From Bdellovibrionia bacterium (GTDB taxonomy: Bacteria > Bdellovibrionota > UBA1018), in assembly GCA_040399745.1 (NCBI GenBank), contig JBBARP010000001.1, positions 10,517 to 74,516 on the forward strand: a DNA stretch of 64,000 bases, given 5' to 3'. Below are positions 22,801-36,142 of the stretch, piece by piece. Numbering within the stretch: the first letter of the stretch is position 1; each line of letters opens with the position of its first letter. The notes beneath the pieces were generated by a model. The model was not told the DNA's origin. It did not search any database and saw only the letters and a list, made by a program, of their open reading frames with translations. The translations under genes and the position numbers were made by a program.

Positions 22801-23965
22801 TCTGACCAGCGGCAAACTCCTTTCGGAAGACGGCTCGGAAGAGCTGCTCAAGAAAGGTCAGAAGCTGGAGCGCGCAGTCCTCGAAGTCATCCCGTTCGAT
22901 CTGTTGGCCTTCATTCCCGTGAAGGAAGACCTCGAGCAGGAAGTCACTCAGGTGATGAAGACTGCCAAAGAGAAAGTCGAAGCCGTGCGCTTTGTCTTCA
23001 AGGAGAAGACCGAGAAGCTGAAAAAAGGCGACGAACTTCCTCCAGGCGTCATCAAGATGGTCAAGGTCCAGGTCGCGATCAAGCGCAAGCTTCAGGTCGG
23101 CGACAAGATGGCAGGCCGCCACGGCAACAAAGGTGTGGTTTCGCGGATTGTTCCGATCGAAGACATGCCTTTCATGGCCAACGGCAAGCCGGTCGACATG
23201 GTGCTCAACCCGCTCGGCGTTCCGTCGCGGATGAACATCGGTCAGCTCTTGGAAGTGACCTTGGGTTGGGCCGCTCGCGGCATTGGTGAAAAAATCACCG
23301 ACGCTCTGGAGCAGTTCAAGCCGGAAAACCTCCGCAAGGTCCTGAAGGCCACTTACTCGACTCCTGAAGTCGATAAGTACGTCGATCAGGCCAGCGAGGC
23401 CGAGCTGAAGAAGATGGCATCGCATCTGCGCAACGGCGTGCACTTCGCCACTCCGGTCTTCGATGGGGCTTCTGAAGCCGACATCGAAAAAGCCTTGGGT
23501 GTGGCCGAATTGCCGGCACGTGGCCAGACCACGTTGTACGACGGCGTCACCGGCGAACCCTTCGCCGAGGATGTCACGGTCGGCGTGATGTACATGCTGA
23601 AGCTTCACCACTTGGTAGAAGAGAAGATCCACGCTCGTTCGATCGGCCCGTACTCGCTCGTCACTCAGCAACCGCTGGGCGGCAAAGCGCAGTTCGGTGG
23701 TCAACGCCTCGGGGAAATGGAAGTCTGGGCATTGGAAGCTTACGGCGCCGCCTACGCGCTGCAAGAATTCCTCACTGTGAAGTCGGACGACGTCACGGGC
23801 CGGAACCGGATCTACGAAGCGATCGTCAAGGGCGAACAGTTGCTGGAGCCGGGCTTGCCCGAATCCTTCAACGTCTTGGTCAAAGAACTCCAAAGCTTGG
23901 CGCTGAACGTCGAGCTGATCGAGGACGATGGCAAAGGCGCAGAAGGCCTGACCGGACTGAACTGA
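19829..23965 (+). CDS. rpoB: RNA polymerase beta subunit
   Basis: [22 protein letters not shown] and GGQRLGEME motifs. Confidence 0.99.
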   Translation: MASLFSENRRIRKEFSKIATPVEIPNLIDLQRKSYEKFLQADIPPQKRETMGLQSVFKSVFPIEDFNKTASLEFESYSLERPKYDVGECRQRGMTFAAPLKITVRLVVFEVDEEAGTRNIRDIKEQEVYMGEIPLMTEAGSFIINGTERVIVSQLHRSPGVIFDHDQGKSHSSGKILYSARMIPHRGSWLDFEFDHKDILYARIDRKRKLPATIVLKAMGLSTQEILSYFYRTEVLSFDQDGKYYKAVDLELLSGQRADEDILEPKSGDVIVKKNRKFTKAVIKKIQDAGIKRFEVALDNVLGRVAAEDLVDEATGEVLIECNHELSEAKLEELKGKGVKAVKVIYTDNLTHGAFVRETLQIDKVSSPDEALIEIYKRMRPGDPPTIEASKQLFENMFFNPDRYDLSRVGRLKLNYKFPNNGVAQEITTLTKEDILSTLFYLCELNNGRGTIDDIDHLGNRRVRPVGELIENQYRIGLVRMERAIKERMSIQEIETLMPHDLINQKPVSAVVKEFFGSSQLSQFMDQTNPLSEVTHKRRLSALGPGGLTRERAGFEVRDVHNTHYGRICPIETPEGPNIGLIASLSTYARVNEFGFIETPYRIIGERSVTDEIRFFTATEEENKIIAQVSPEALRTGKLGSDHVSARRKGEFALVNPDDVEMMDVSPNQLVSIAASLIPFLEHDDANRALMGSNMQRQAVPLIRTSAPLVGTGIERVVARDSGQVILARHDGEVIMVDGSKIVIRRSGRNDSVGSDVDIYNLTKYQRSNQGTCVNQRPVVKSGDKVKAGDVLGDGPSTDAGELALGQNVLIAFMPWNGYNFEDSILISERIIKDDTFTSIHIEEFECVARDTKLGKEEITRDIPNVGEEALKDLDQSGIIRIGAEVKPGDILVGKVTPKGETQLSPEEKLLRAIFGEKAGDVRDSSLRVPSGVQGVIINAQVFAREGTEPDERTKQILEEQIATIRRDEKIEVEAIRLSAFNKIAKTLEGSLTSGKLLSEDGSEELLKKGQKLERAVLEVIPFDLLAFIPVKEDLEQEVTQVMKTAKEKVEAVRFVFKEKTEKLKKGDELPPGVIKMVKVQVAIKRKLQVGDKMAGRHGNKGVVSRIVPIEDMPFMANGKPVDMVLNPLGVPSRMNIGQLLEVTLGWAARGIGEKITDALEQFKPENLRKVLKATYSTPEVDKYVDQASEAELKKMASHLRNGVHFATPVFDGASEADIEKALGVAELPARGQTTLYDGVTGEPFAEDVTVGVMYMLKLHHLVEEKIHARSIGPYSLVTQQPLGGKAQFGGQRLGEMEVWALEAYGAAYALQEFLTVKSDDVTGRNRIYEAIVKGEQLLEPGLPESFNVLVKELQSLALNVELIEDDGKGAEGLTGLN

Positions 23966-24007
23966 TCTCCACTCTCGACCCATTTTTTGCCCCCGGGAGG
24001 GCTGAAC

Positions 24008-28171
<4,164 letters not shown>

Positions 28172-28281
28172 TCCGGGTTTCCGGACCAGGTGAAAAGAAA
28201 ATCGATGTGGGGTCGGCAGCGTGATTCGCTGCCGGCCCCCTTCAACAAAGTCCAAAAAGAGCAGTCAGAGAAGTTGTCAGT

Positions 28282-28356
28282 GCGGGATTAGCTCAGCGGT
28301 AGAGCAAGGTCTTTACACGGCCAAGGTCGGGGGTTCGATCCCCTCATCCCGCACCA
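28282..28356 (+). tRNA. tRNA-Val(TAC)
   Basis: GCGGGAT/ATCCCGC acceptor stem, TTTACAC loop, GTTCGATC, CCA. Confidence 0.93.
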
Positions 28357-28572
28357 TTTTCAGTCTAACTCTGTCAGAGCGTTGAAACTCGGGCCTGTTG
28401 CCTTACGGTGGGCATGAGGCGATCGAAGGTCCTGCGAGTCTCGCTCCAGGTCGCCCCTGCCGTGGCCGGCAGGCGCTCCTCTGTCACATCGCTCTCGGAC
28501 ACGCGCCGCGGTCACAACGTGCCCTTTGTGGCACGTTCCGCCGCGTTCGCGTCCCTCATCCCGCACCATTTT
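28341..28572 (+). repeat. 20-bp direct repeat of the tRNA-Val 3' end (28341-28360 and 28553-28572), att-like
   Basis: CCCTCATCCCGCACCATTTT occurs twice, 212 bp apart. Confidence 0.9.
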
Positions 28573-28662
28573 TCGTGAGTCTCTGTTAGAGCGCCCTAGC
28601 GGGCGTTCCGGGGACGGTTGGCCCGTCCGTCGGACGACCTCAGTGAGCAATGAGCCCTTTGC

Positions 28663-28995
28663 TTAGCAACGCCGCCTTCGGCTGGCGGACGGATTTTTCA
28701 GGCATTTCTCGAGCTTAATTCGCTTGTTTTCGGCGTCGTGAAAGATGGTCTCTGGATCGGGGCCGCCTTCAAAACGGTATTGGTACTCGACAATCGTACG
28801 TCGGAGGAGCTCGGGCCACTGTGGCAAGAAGATGACGAGGGCGGCGCACGAGACGAGGAGGTGAATGACCTTGTGTACTTTGGTGATTCCGAATTCTTTG
28901 GCTCGAGGGAATCGCCGGAGAATAAAAACGGGGACATAAGTCGTGCCGACAAGAAGCGACCAATAAATGATCAGGATTTCGAAATTTTTGGTCAT
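28663..28995 (-). CDS. Hypothetical small membrane protein (two TM segments)
   Basis: Two hydrophobic segments; shares a 20-aa motif with the neighbouring ORF. Confidence 0.65.
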   Translation of the reverse strand: MTKNFEILIIYWSLLVGTTYVPVFILRRFPRAKEFGITKVHKVIHLLVSCAALVIFLPQWPELLRRTIVEYQYRFEGGPDPETIFHDAENKRIKLEKCLKNPSASRRRRC

Positions 28996-29057
28996 GCTGA
29001 ACTCTTAGAGTCCTTCTGGATCAGTTGCGAAGCTTGGGTTGCTCTGGCTCGATGGCA

Positions 29058-29315
29058 CTATCGAGCCGGCGGGGCAGCGTTTGTGAGGGCCGAGGTGGGT
29101 GTAGGGGTCGGCACTCCTCGGGTACGTCTTCGTGCATGGCGACCGCCTCCGAGTGCTCGCGAAATGGAGTCAAACTTAGAGCGTCTGGGTACGTAGTTGG
29201 CTGCGGCTTCTACGTCGTGAAAGATCGTCTCGGGATCAGGACCATTCTGAAAACGGAATCGGTACTCAGCGGAACAGACCATCGCGATAGCGATATTCTC
29301 TTGATTCAGTGACAT
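29058..29315 (-). CDS. Hypothetical protein, partial paralog of 28663-28995 (possibly a degraded copy)
   Basis: EYRFRFQNGPDPETIFHDVE versus EYQYRFEGGPDPETIFHDAE. Confidence 0.45.
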   Translation of the reverse strand: MSLNQENIAIAMVCSAEYRFRFQNGPDPETIFHDVEAAANYVPRRSKFDSISRALGGGRHARRRTRGVPTPTPTSALTNAAPPAR

Positions 29316-29351
29316 AAACTCTCACGTTGAGAGCGGGGCTTAGAACCTCTA

Positions 29352-29388
29352 GACCGAGCGCCTCGACCTTGGTCAGAGGCGCTCGGTC
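29352..29388. repeat. Strong GC-rich hairpin downstream of the 451-aa gene
   Basis: GACCGAGCGCCTC...GAGGCGCTCGGTC perfect 13-bp arms. Confidence 0.75.
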
Positions 29389-29408
29389 ATATGGATTCAG
29401 CGGGAAGG

Positions 29409-30764
29409 TCACTCTTCATCGAGTTCACGAGGCACCACCGAGGGTGCTTCATATTTACCTGGTTTGCCCTCGATGGTTTTTCCATTGCAGTACAGGCCCC
29501 CGTTATATCCGGGGATGTTCAGGAAGTTTGACCCTACATTCATCGGTGGGCCGCCGCGTACGACAACTCTACCGCCGTCCCCGCCATTGCCTGGGGCGAC
29601 CGGTATTCCGTCCTTGCACTCCTCCCAGCGTCCTGGGCTTCCCATGGCGACGAATAGCGGCGTTCCCAGCATTTCAGGCTCGGGAAGAGCGACGTTAATA
29701 TAAATATTTCCGCCACGGTTTCCGTTCAGCTCGGTTGTTCTGTTGTCTGACGTGTCCAGCCACGGTGCTACCTGTCGGGGACTGTAGATAGAGATGTCTC
29801 CACCTGGGGCCACGATTACGGCGTTGGGATGAAATCGAATCTCGGGCGCATAAATGACCACGAGGTTTGGCGCCTCATAAATTCCGGGCGGCACCTCCAC
29901 GGGCGATTTGAAGCGGAGAACAATGGCGCCCTCTGGCGCTCCAGGGTCTTTTTTTCGTTGTGCCTCCCGCCAGGTTACGTTGAACAGATCCGTCCTTTCA
30001 GGCGCGGTCTTAAAGCGGCTTTTTAGATAGGTATTATTAAGGTTAAAAAGGCTGACACTCGTGCCTTGATAAAAATAACGCAGCGGCGAGAAGTGATTTT
30101 CCGGGCCTGATGCCGATGTACCTGTAAACTCCGGGGGAAGTTCGAAGAAAAATCGGGTTGCCGCTGTCTTCATTTCGAGAACCCGAGTCGTCATGGCTGA
30201 TTTGCAGTTCAGTTCTGAGTCGTCGAGCTGTTTAAGAAGACTGGATTCGGAGCGAATGAAGTATTCCTGTAGCACTTGGACTTCTCGAACCTTTTTCCCA
30301 TCTTTTACGATTGCTGCCAGAAACTGCCAGGGATTGAAACGATGAGGCTGCTCCACTTTGTTCCTTTCTCCGCGGAGCAAGGTCATGGCGACGAGCGGGG
30401 CCTTCACTTGGATTGTTGGAGCGCCCGACGGCAGTCGGGACAGGTCTGATTTCCGAACCCAATCCTCAAGTTCCTGCAGAATCGTAATTTCCCTGTCCCA
30501 ACGCTCATAATACGAACTCTCGGAGCGCTCGGGGGCCTGACAACTCGAAAGAAGTTGGTGATAAGCATCCACTCTTGAAATGAGTGCCTGAAACTCGTTG
30601 AGTTCAATGGCAGGTGCACGGGAGAGCGATTCCATCGTGCTGCGAATCTCTTTTTCAAACACCTCAGCCGGGTCTACTTCCGTTCGTCCCCAGCCCAGTG
30701 TGGCTGTCGATTGGCTTGCGGTAATGCCGACCATTAAGAAGGATAGGAAAAGTCTCGTTTTCAT
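29409..30764 (-). CDS. Hypothetical secreted protein with Gly-rich C-terminal region
   Basis: 451-aa ORF, SD GAGGTG, signal-peptide-like N terminus MKTRLFLSFLMVGITA. Confidence 0.8.
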   Translation of the reverse strand: MKTRLFLSFLMVGITASQSTATLGWGRTEVDPAEVFEKEIRSTMESLSRAPAIELNEFQALISRVDAYHQLLSSCQAPERSESSYYERWDREITILQELEDWVRKSDLSRLPSGAPTIQVKAPLVAMTLLRGERNKVEQPHRFNPWQFLAAIVKDGKKVREVQVLQEYFIRSESSLLKQLDDSELNCKSAMTTRVLEMKTAATRFFFELPPEFTGTSASGPENHFSPLRYFYQGTSVSLFNLNNTYLKSRFKTAPERTDLFNVTWREAQRKKDPGAPEGAIVLRFKSPVEVPPGIYEAPNLVVIYAPEIRFHPNAVIVAPGGDISIYSPRQVAPWLDTSDNRTTELNGNRGGNIYINVALPEPEMLGTPLFVAMGSPGRWEECKDGIPVAPGNGGDGGRVVVRGGPPMNVGSNFLNIPGYNGGLYCNGKTIEGKPGKYEAPSVVPRELDEE

Positions 30765-30788
30765 TTTTTCACCTCGAGCGCGCCTGTA

Positions 30789-30804
30789 AGCAACGAGCGT
30801 GCCT
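30789..30804 (-). promoter_or_regulatory. Sigma54 (-24/-12) promoter
   Basis: AGGCACGCTCGTTGCT with exact GG-N10-GC spacing, 25 nt upstream of the ATG. Confidence 0.7.
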
Positions 30805-31024
30805 GATAGGGCTCAGGCGTAGACAAAACTGCGGGCGAGGAAGGCAAACGTGAGGAATCCTTCGATTGAGCCTGAAACTCCTTGTGGGGAGGGCGAGCTG
30901 GTTAGTTTTTCTCCCACTAAGGTCCGTCTAGAGCGGCAGTCTGCGGGATTGAATCGTCGTCATTCCGGATGCTTCGGGCGCTGAAGTGTAGGTTTTTCCT
31001 AACTCCAGTTTGTAGAAACCCACA

Positions 31025-31828
31025 CTAACTCGCCCGGCGTGCATAGCTGCGAATGCCGATGGACCACATTTTCTCAACGTAAAACCAGCTCGAGGCGGCA
31101 GCAGCCGCTGCGCCCAGGAGCCAGAGAGGTCCGAACTGTCCCGCCAAAATTTGTGCGGGAACGCCCGTCAGGAAAAGTGCTGGGAAAGCAGTGAGAAAGA
31201 CCAGCCGAATTGCGCCCGAGAAAGAATCGTAGGGCCGCACCATGATCTTAAAACTCGGGTTCGCGTTTCTGACTTGGATAATGGATCGAGTCCAAAACGA
31301 CGTGAGCCGGAACAAGAACGAAATCGAGTTCAGGGTGAAAACTCCTAAGAGCGAAGCTAGAAACGAAACCACCTGGACGTTCCAAGGAACGTGCGCGGTG
31401 ACGCCATAGACAATGAAGATTACCCAGCTCAGCACGGCGAGCGGCAGGAAATTAAAATTTGGGCTCAAAAACGCAAGGACTCTCAGTGCGTGCCTAGGCT
31501 GAAGTAAGAGAGCGTCGAGTTCGAGGCGCATAATTTTATCGGATGCGCGCAGGCTGCCTGGGCCTAAGAGATACAAGTACGTGTTGTCCACGAGCGAGAG
31601 CGTGACCAAAAAAGAGATCATTTGCTCTTGGCTTGCCAAAGCTTGGCCTGCAGGCTGGCTCCGAATGCCTAACCAAAAGGCAAACTGGGCCACGTAGTAA
31701 AAGCCCTGCATCGCAGACGAAAGCCAAACTGATTTTGGGTTCTTGGTTTGAACTAGAAAGGCGCCCCGGTAATGTGCCTGGGTCAGGTCCCACAAGTCTG
31801 AGAGTTTTGCCCGCCATTTAGCCGCCAT
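31025..31828 (-). CDS. ABC-2 family transporter permease
   Basis: Multi-TM protein, LDALLLQP motif, operon with ABC ATPase. Confidence 0.8.
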   Translation of the reverse strand: MAAKWRAKLSDLWDLTQAHYRGAFLVQTKNPKSVWLSSAMQGFYYVAQFAFWLGIRSQPAGQALASQEQMISFLVTLSLVDNTYLYLLGPGSLRASDKIMRLELDALLLQPRHALRVLAFLSPNFNFLPLAVLSWVIFIVYGVTAHVPWNVQVVSFLASLLGVFTLNSISFLFRLTSFWTRSIIQVRNANPSFKIMVRPYDSFSGAIRLVFLTAFPALFLTGVPAQILAGQFGPLWLLGAAAAAASSWFYVEKMWSIGIRSYARRAS

Positions 31829-32588
31829 ACGCTTGGTACCTCCGGATGCCGAGGCTCCAAATTAGGCTTGCGATCGCTGCTAGGACCATCACGTAAAGCA
31901 GTTGGGCTGCCACCAAATAACTGAACGAGGCCTGGCCTAGTGCCACTTTCACTGGGAAGAATCCTATGTAAGCTGCGGGCAGGAGGGACAAGCCCGTCGC
32001 GACTGACTTCGGAAACAGATCCAGTGGAATAAGTGCACCACTTGCGATCCAAAAGAGAGTCTCTTTAAAGACCACTAAGAAATAGCTGTCCTGAAAATAG
32101 AAGGTGCCCGTGGCCAGGATCTGATTGATGAGAAAATTCATCCCCGCGCCCAAGGGCAGCGTGAAGAGGAGTGAAAAAAGTCCGGGCCACCGAACCTCGC
32201 CCAAGCAGGCAAATTCGATAAGTGCGACCAGCGGCACCAGCCAAAGTAAACGAGCTAGGCTGATTCCTATTTGATGGCAAAACATTTGCGGCAGAAAACC
32301 GTAGGGTCGAATTAAGAGGGGATCGAGTTGGCCAGCTTCAATTTTCTGGGAGGCGGAATCAGGCTCACCCGTGCAGGCTACGACTTGCGACACCACGAGC
32401 GAAATAAACGCATAGGCCAGGATTTCTGCCGAAGAATACCCTCTGAGAGTGCCTTGATCGGAGAGGTGGCTCCAAAAAGACCCCTCCACCGTAAACATGA
32501 TGGCTAAGAATACGCTTGGCCCAATGACTCCGCCGCGTACCCGAAACCAGCTCAGAAACGCATACTGCGCGATTTTTAGCCCCGTCAT
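31818..32588 (-). CDS. ABC-2 family transporter permease
   Basis: IEAGQLDPLLIRP and SGALIPLDLFP motifs. Confidence 0.85.
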   Translation of the reverse strand: MTGLKIAQYAFLSWFRVRGGVIGPSVFLAIMFTVEGSFWSHLSDQGTLRGYSSAEILAYAFISLVVSQVVACTGEPDSASQKIEAGQLDPLLIRPYGFLPQMFCHQIGISLARLLWLVPLVALIEFACLGEVRWPGLFSLLFTLPLGAGMNFLINQILATGTFYFQDSYFLVVFKETLFWIASGALIPLDLFPKSVATGLSLLPAAYIGFFPVKVALGQASFSYLVAAQLLYVMVLAAIASLIWSLGIRRYQAYGG

Positions 32589-33352
32589 TGAAGTAGTCTC
32601 GCTTCTAAGCTTTGTAGAAGCTGCCCGGATTCGTCACGATGGGCTTGCAGGCGTCCTTGCTCCAGAAAGTAAACCTGGTCGGCCAGTTCCGTCACATCGC
32701 TCAGATTATGGGAAGTGAGTAGAACGTGGCAGCCCGACTCAGCTACGTAATCACGAATGGCCTTTCTCATAGCGAGCTGCGACTGAAGATCCAGCCCAAT
32801 CGTGGGTTCATCTAAGAACACCACCTTCGGTGCGCAGATCAGAACATTCACGAGTTCTGCCTTCATGGCTTGGCCTAAAGAGAAGCTCTTTGCCGGACGA
32901 TCTTTCACGCCCTCGAGTTGAAAAAGATGGATCAGGTGCTGAACGTCCTTTTTGAAACGATCCGATGGAATCCTGTAAATGGCTCGAGTGAGTTCTAGGT
33001 TTTCTAGGAGTGAAAGCTCGGGCCAAAGCGCTTTCTTCGCTCCAAAGACTGCGCCGATTTGCCCGAGGTAATCGGGCTGGCGGCGGGAAGGCTCAAAGCC
33101 CAGAACTTTCACCTGGCCAAAACTGGGAGTCAGGATTCCACTCAACACTTTCATCAAAGTGGTTTTTCCCGTTCCGTTCTTACCCAGAATGGCCGTTATT
33201 CCGGGGCCCTCTACTTTAAAATCCAGGTCACGGAGCACGGCCACGCGCTGGTAATCGGCTCGCCAAAGCGAGCGAAGCCAGGACCGACCTTCTTCAAGTT
33301 TTCGGGTTTCGTAATCGAGCTGCAGCGAGGAAACTTCAATCCAAGGACGCAT
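32585..33352 (-). CDS. ABC transporter ATP-binding protein
   Basis: GKNGTGKTT Walker A, FSLGQ signature, FLDEPTIGLD Walker B, TSH switch. Confidence 0.93.
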   Translation of the reverse strand: MRPWIEVSSLQLDYETRKLEEGRSWLRSLWRADYQRVAVLRDLDFKVEGPGITAILGKNGTGKTTLMKVLSGILTPSFGQVKVLGFEPSRRQPDYLGQIGAVFGAKKALWPELSLLENLELTRAIYRIPSDRFKKDVQHLIHLFQLEGVKDRPAKSFSLGQAMKAELVNVLICAPKVVFLDEPTIGLDLQSQLAMRKAIRDYVAESGCHVLLTSHNLSDVTELADQVYFLEQGRLQAHRDESGQLLQSLEARLLQ

Positions 33353-33463
33353 GGGAGGCTTACCTTCTGGTTATGCCGCCTCACAGCAAGGCGCGTTCCA
33401 GCCGGCCAAAGCACCTAAAACTCAGCTTTGATTGAGTTTTGATCCAGGCTTTCGCCCAGCGTG

Positions 33464-33525
33464 TGTAGGGAAATCCTCACAACTGTAGGCAGTTCCCTAC
33501 AGTCCCTTTTGGCGAAGGAGTTGCA
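33464..33525 (+). promoter_or_regulatory. Tandem TGTAGG-N6-CCTACA boxes followed by a sigma54-like promoter
   Basis: Imperfect box 33464-33481, perfect box 33484-33501, TTGGCGAAGGAGTTGCA 33509-33525 (GG-N10-GC). Confidence 0.55.
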
Positions 33526-33563
33526 TTGCCCTTCATTGAACCTTCGCCACCAGGAGTCAAACC

Positions 33564-35267
33564 ATGGCTCAGCGACCCCTTCGTAAAAAGCCCGAAGCGG
33601 CCAAAGCCGCGCCCGCTGCTCAGCCATTTGCCCCGCCTGCCCTGGAGCGCGAAGAAGCGCGCCAAGCGGTCGAGCGAGTGGAAGAGGCCGCAAGGAAGCT
33701 CTCCTTAGAGGGCGAGGAAGCGTTCTCGGACTTCCGAATCACCGGGAGCCGCTGGCGGCAGGACGATGCCTACCTCTTCGTCCTCGATCTGGAAGGGAAC
33801 CTGCGGGTGCATCCCGATCCGATCTTGGAAGGAAGTAACCAGATCGACCTGCAGGACGTAAACGGCAAGCGAATCATTCAAGGCCTGATCGGAGTGACGC
33901 TTGCTTCCACCGAAAATCGAGAGGGTTGGTATCACTACCTGTGGCCTGTACCTGGGAGCCTTCTGCCGCGCTGGAAAAGTAGTTACGTCAAGCGAGTCGA
34001 GACGCCTTCAGGCAAAAGCTACGTTGTGGGCGCCGGGATCTATGATGACAGCATGGAGAAAGCGTTTGCTGTGGACTGGGTGTCGGATGCGGTTCGCGCA
34101 ATCGAGCTCAAAGGCCCTGAAGCATTCTCGCTGTTTCGCGATCCGACGGGTCCTTTCATGGCGAAGGACTGCTACCTTTTTGTGATCAATTCCGAGGGCT
34201 ATGAATTAGTGAACCCAGCCTTCCCGAGCCTGGAGGGAAGGAGCCTGATTCAGTTTACGGATACTCGGGGCAAGCAACCCATTCGCGAGATGCTCGACAA
34301 AGCTCGCCAAAATCAGCAGGGCTGGGTGGATTACTACTGGCCAAAGCCTGGGGAAAGCCTCTCCACGAAGAAGACGTCCTTCGTGGCGCGCGCCAACTGG
34401 TCAGGGCAGTGGTTTGTCGTGGGCTGCGGCGTTTACGCTCCTGGCGCGACCAAGTCAGTCCTTCGCGCGGTTCACATGACTCCGTCGGAGCTCATGCAAC
34501 GAGTTCACGAGGCCGCCACCTTGCTGGAGCGGGAAGGCGAGCTTGCTTACTCAAAGCTTCAAGAGAAAGGTTCGCGTTGGTTTCACGACGACTCCTACTT
34601 TTTTGCTTGGAGCTTGGACGGAGAGCGCGTCTTTCATGCAGCAGAACCTGAGCGAGTGGGCGAGTCCGTTCTTGGACTCAGGGACGTTCTAGGTCGTCCC
34701 TACGCGAAGATGATTTTGGAAGTGGGCGCAAGCTCAGAAGGCCAGGGCTGGGTTCATTACCTGCACCCGAAGCCAGACGAGCTGTTTCCCGTGTGGAAGT
34801 CTGTTTTCGTGAAAAGGGTGACCTATCCGTCGGGGCGCCGGATGATTCTGGGCTGCGGGATCTATCAGATGAAGATGGATCACGTGTTGATTGAAGATCT
34901 GGTGAATCGCGCTGCGAAGTCGGTTGCCGAAAACGGGCAAGCTGCTTTTTCGGAACTGCGTGAGCGGACGGGTCCCTACTCATTCATGGACACTTATGTG
35001 TTCGTTCAGACGCCTCAAGGGGTGGAGCTGGTAAATTCGGCATTCCCGAATCTCGAGGGCCGAAGCCTGCTTGAAGTGAAAGACCTTCAAGGCGCCGCTG
35101 TGATTCGCGACGAGATTGAAGCAGTCGAGCGCCACGGGTCTGCGTGGATCGAAGCTCAGTGGTATCGCCCGGGTAGTAATGCTCCGGCCAGAAAGCTGAG
35201 CTACGTGAAGAAAGTGAAGCACGGCGGTCAAATCTTCATCGTGGGTTCGGGGCTTTACCCGGAATAA
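33564..35267 (+). CDS. Protein made of four tandem sCache_2-type domains, no TM or output domain
   Basis: Four repeats of Y(L/F/V)F...D..G...W...K...V....G.G.Y; SD AGGAG. Confidence 0.88.
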   Translation: MAQRPLRKKPEAAKAAPAAQPFAPPALEREEARQAVERVEEAARKLSLEGEEAFSDFRITGSRWRQDDAYLFVLDLEGNLRVHPDPILEGSNQIDLQDVNGKRIIQGLIGVTLASTENREGWYHYLWPVPGSLLPRWKSSYVKRVETPSGKSYVVGAGIYDDSMEKAFAVDWVSDAVRAIELKGPEAFSLFRDPTGPFMAKDCYLFVINSEGYELVNPAFPSLEGRSLIQFTDTRGKQPIREMLDKARQNQQGWVDYYWPKPGESLSTKKTSFVARANWSGQWFVVGCGVYAPGATKSVLRAVHMTPSELMQRVHEAATLLEREGELAYSKLQEKGSRWFHDDSYFFAWSLDGERVFHAAEPERVGESVLGLRDVLGRPYAKMILEVGASSEGQGWVHYLHPKPDELFPVWKSVFVKRVTYPSGRRMILGCGIYQMKMDHVLIEDLVNRAAKSVAENGQAAFSELRERTGPYSFMDTYVFVQTPQGVELVNSAFPNLEGRSLLEVKDLQGAAVIRDEIEAVERHGSAWIEAQWYRPGSNAPARKLSYVKKVKHGGQIFIVGSGLYPE

Positions 35268-35333
35268 CTCCTTCGAAAACGCATTGGACGCTGGGTGAGG
35301 GTGGGCTTAGACTCCTGAGTTCGGAGGCCACCC

Positions 35334-35714
35334 ATGAACATCGTCCTTTGGATTCTGCAGGTATTCTTTTCCGTGCACACTTTCGGGGGTGCGGTCTGGA
35401 AGCTATCGAATCCATCTCAGGCGGTGGCATTCTTGAGCGCCATTCCGCAGGCAGCGTGGGTCGTGCTGATTGCTCTTGAGATGATTGCAAGCGTTTGCCT
35501 GATTCTTCCAGCTTTTGGTGCACGCTTTCGATTGCTTTCTCCGCTTGCGGCGGCATTCATCGCGCTTGAGATGCTCCTGTTTACAGGCATTCACCAAGCC
35601 TCTGGATCGACCGAGACGGTGCCGGTGAAATACTGGCTGGTCGTTGCAGTCGTGTGTGGTTTTCTGGCCTGGGCGCGGAAAGTGCGCTGGCCGCATTCGG
35701 GAGCTTCCAAATGA
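35334..35714 (+). CDS. DoxX-family membrane protein
   Basis: MNIVLWILQV start, four hydrophobic segments, SD GGAGG. Confidence 0.75.
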   Translation: MNIVLWILQVFFSVHTFGGAVWKLSNPSQAVAFLSAIPQAAWVVLIALEMIASVCLILPAFGARFRLLSPLAAAFIALEMLLFTGIHQASGSTETVPVKYWLVVAVVCGFLAWARKVRWPHSGASK

Positions 35715-36142
35715 AAGTGCTTTTCGATCTCGCTAACGCGTATGTGATGCCGTTTTGGCTTCTGATGATTTTTGCTCCGAAGTGGAGCTGGACGCGGAAG
35801 ATCCTGTCATCGCCTTGGGTCTTGGTGCCTTTAGCGGCGGCTTACTTGCGACTGATGGGCCCTCAATTCCTTCAAACGCTCCCATTGCTAGCGAAGCCTG
35901 AACTCGAATCCGTGAGTGCCCTTCTTGGCACCCATGAGGGAACCACCGTGGGGTGGATTCATTTCCTTTGCTTTGATCTTTTCGTCGGGCGCTGGATTTA
36001 CCTCGATTCTCGCTCTCGAAATCTTTCGGCCCTTTTGATTTCCCCGGTTCTGTTCCTGACGCTCATGTTTGGTCCGGTGGGGTGGCTCGTTTATTTCCTG
36101 ATCACTCAGCGCATCAAGCGAATTGAGGAATCACTCGCATGA
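35711..36142 (+). CDS. ABA4-like (DUF4281) membrane protein
   Basis: PFWLLMIFAP.W.WT, WIHFLCFDLFVGRWIYLD and LTLMFGPVG motifs. Confidence 0.85.
   Translation: MKVLFDLANAYVMPFWLLMIFAPKWSWTRKILSSPWVLVPLAAAYLRLMGPQFLQTLPLLAKPELESVSALLGTHEGTTVGWIHFLCFDLFVGRWIYLDSRSRNLSALLISPVLFLTLMFGPVGWLVYFLITQRIKRIEESLA

Noticed and set aside
28738..29196. 152-aa plus-strand ORF in the orphan cluster
   Set aside because: The synonymous-change pattern supports the minus-strand frames instead
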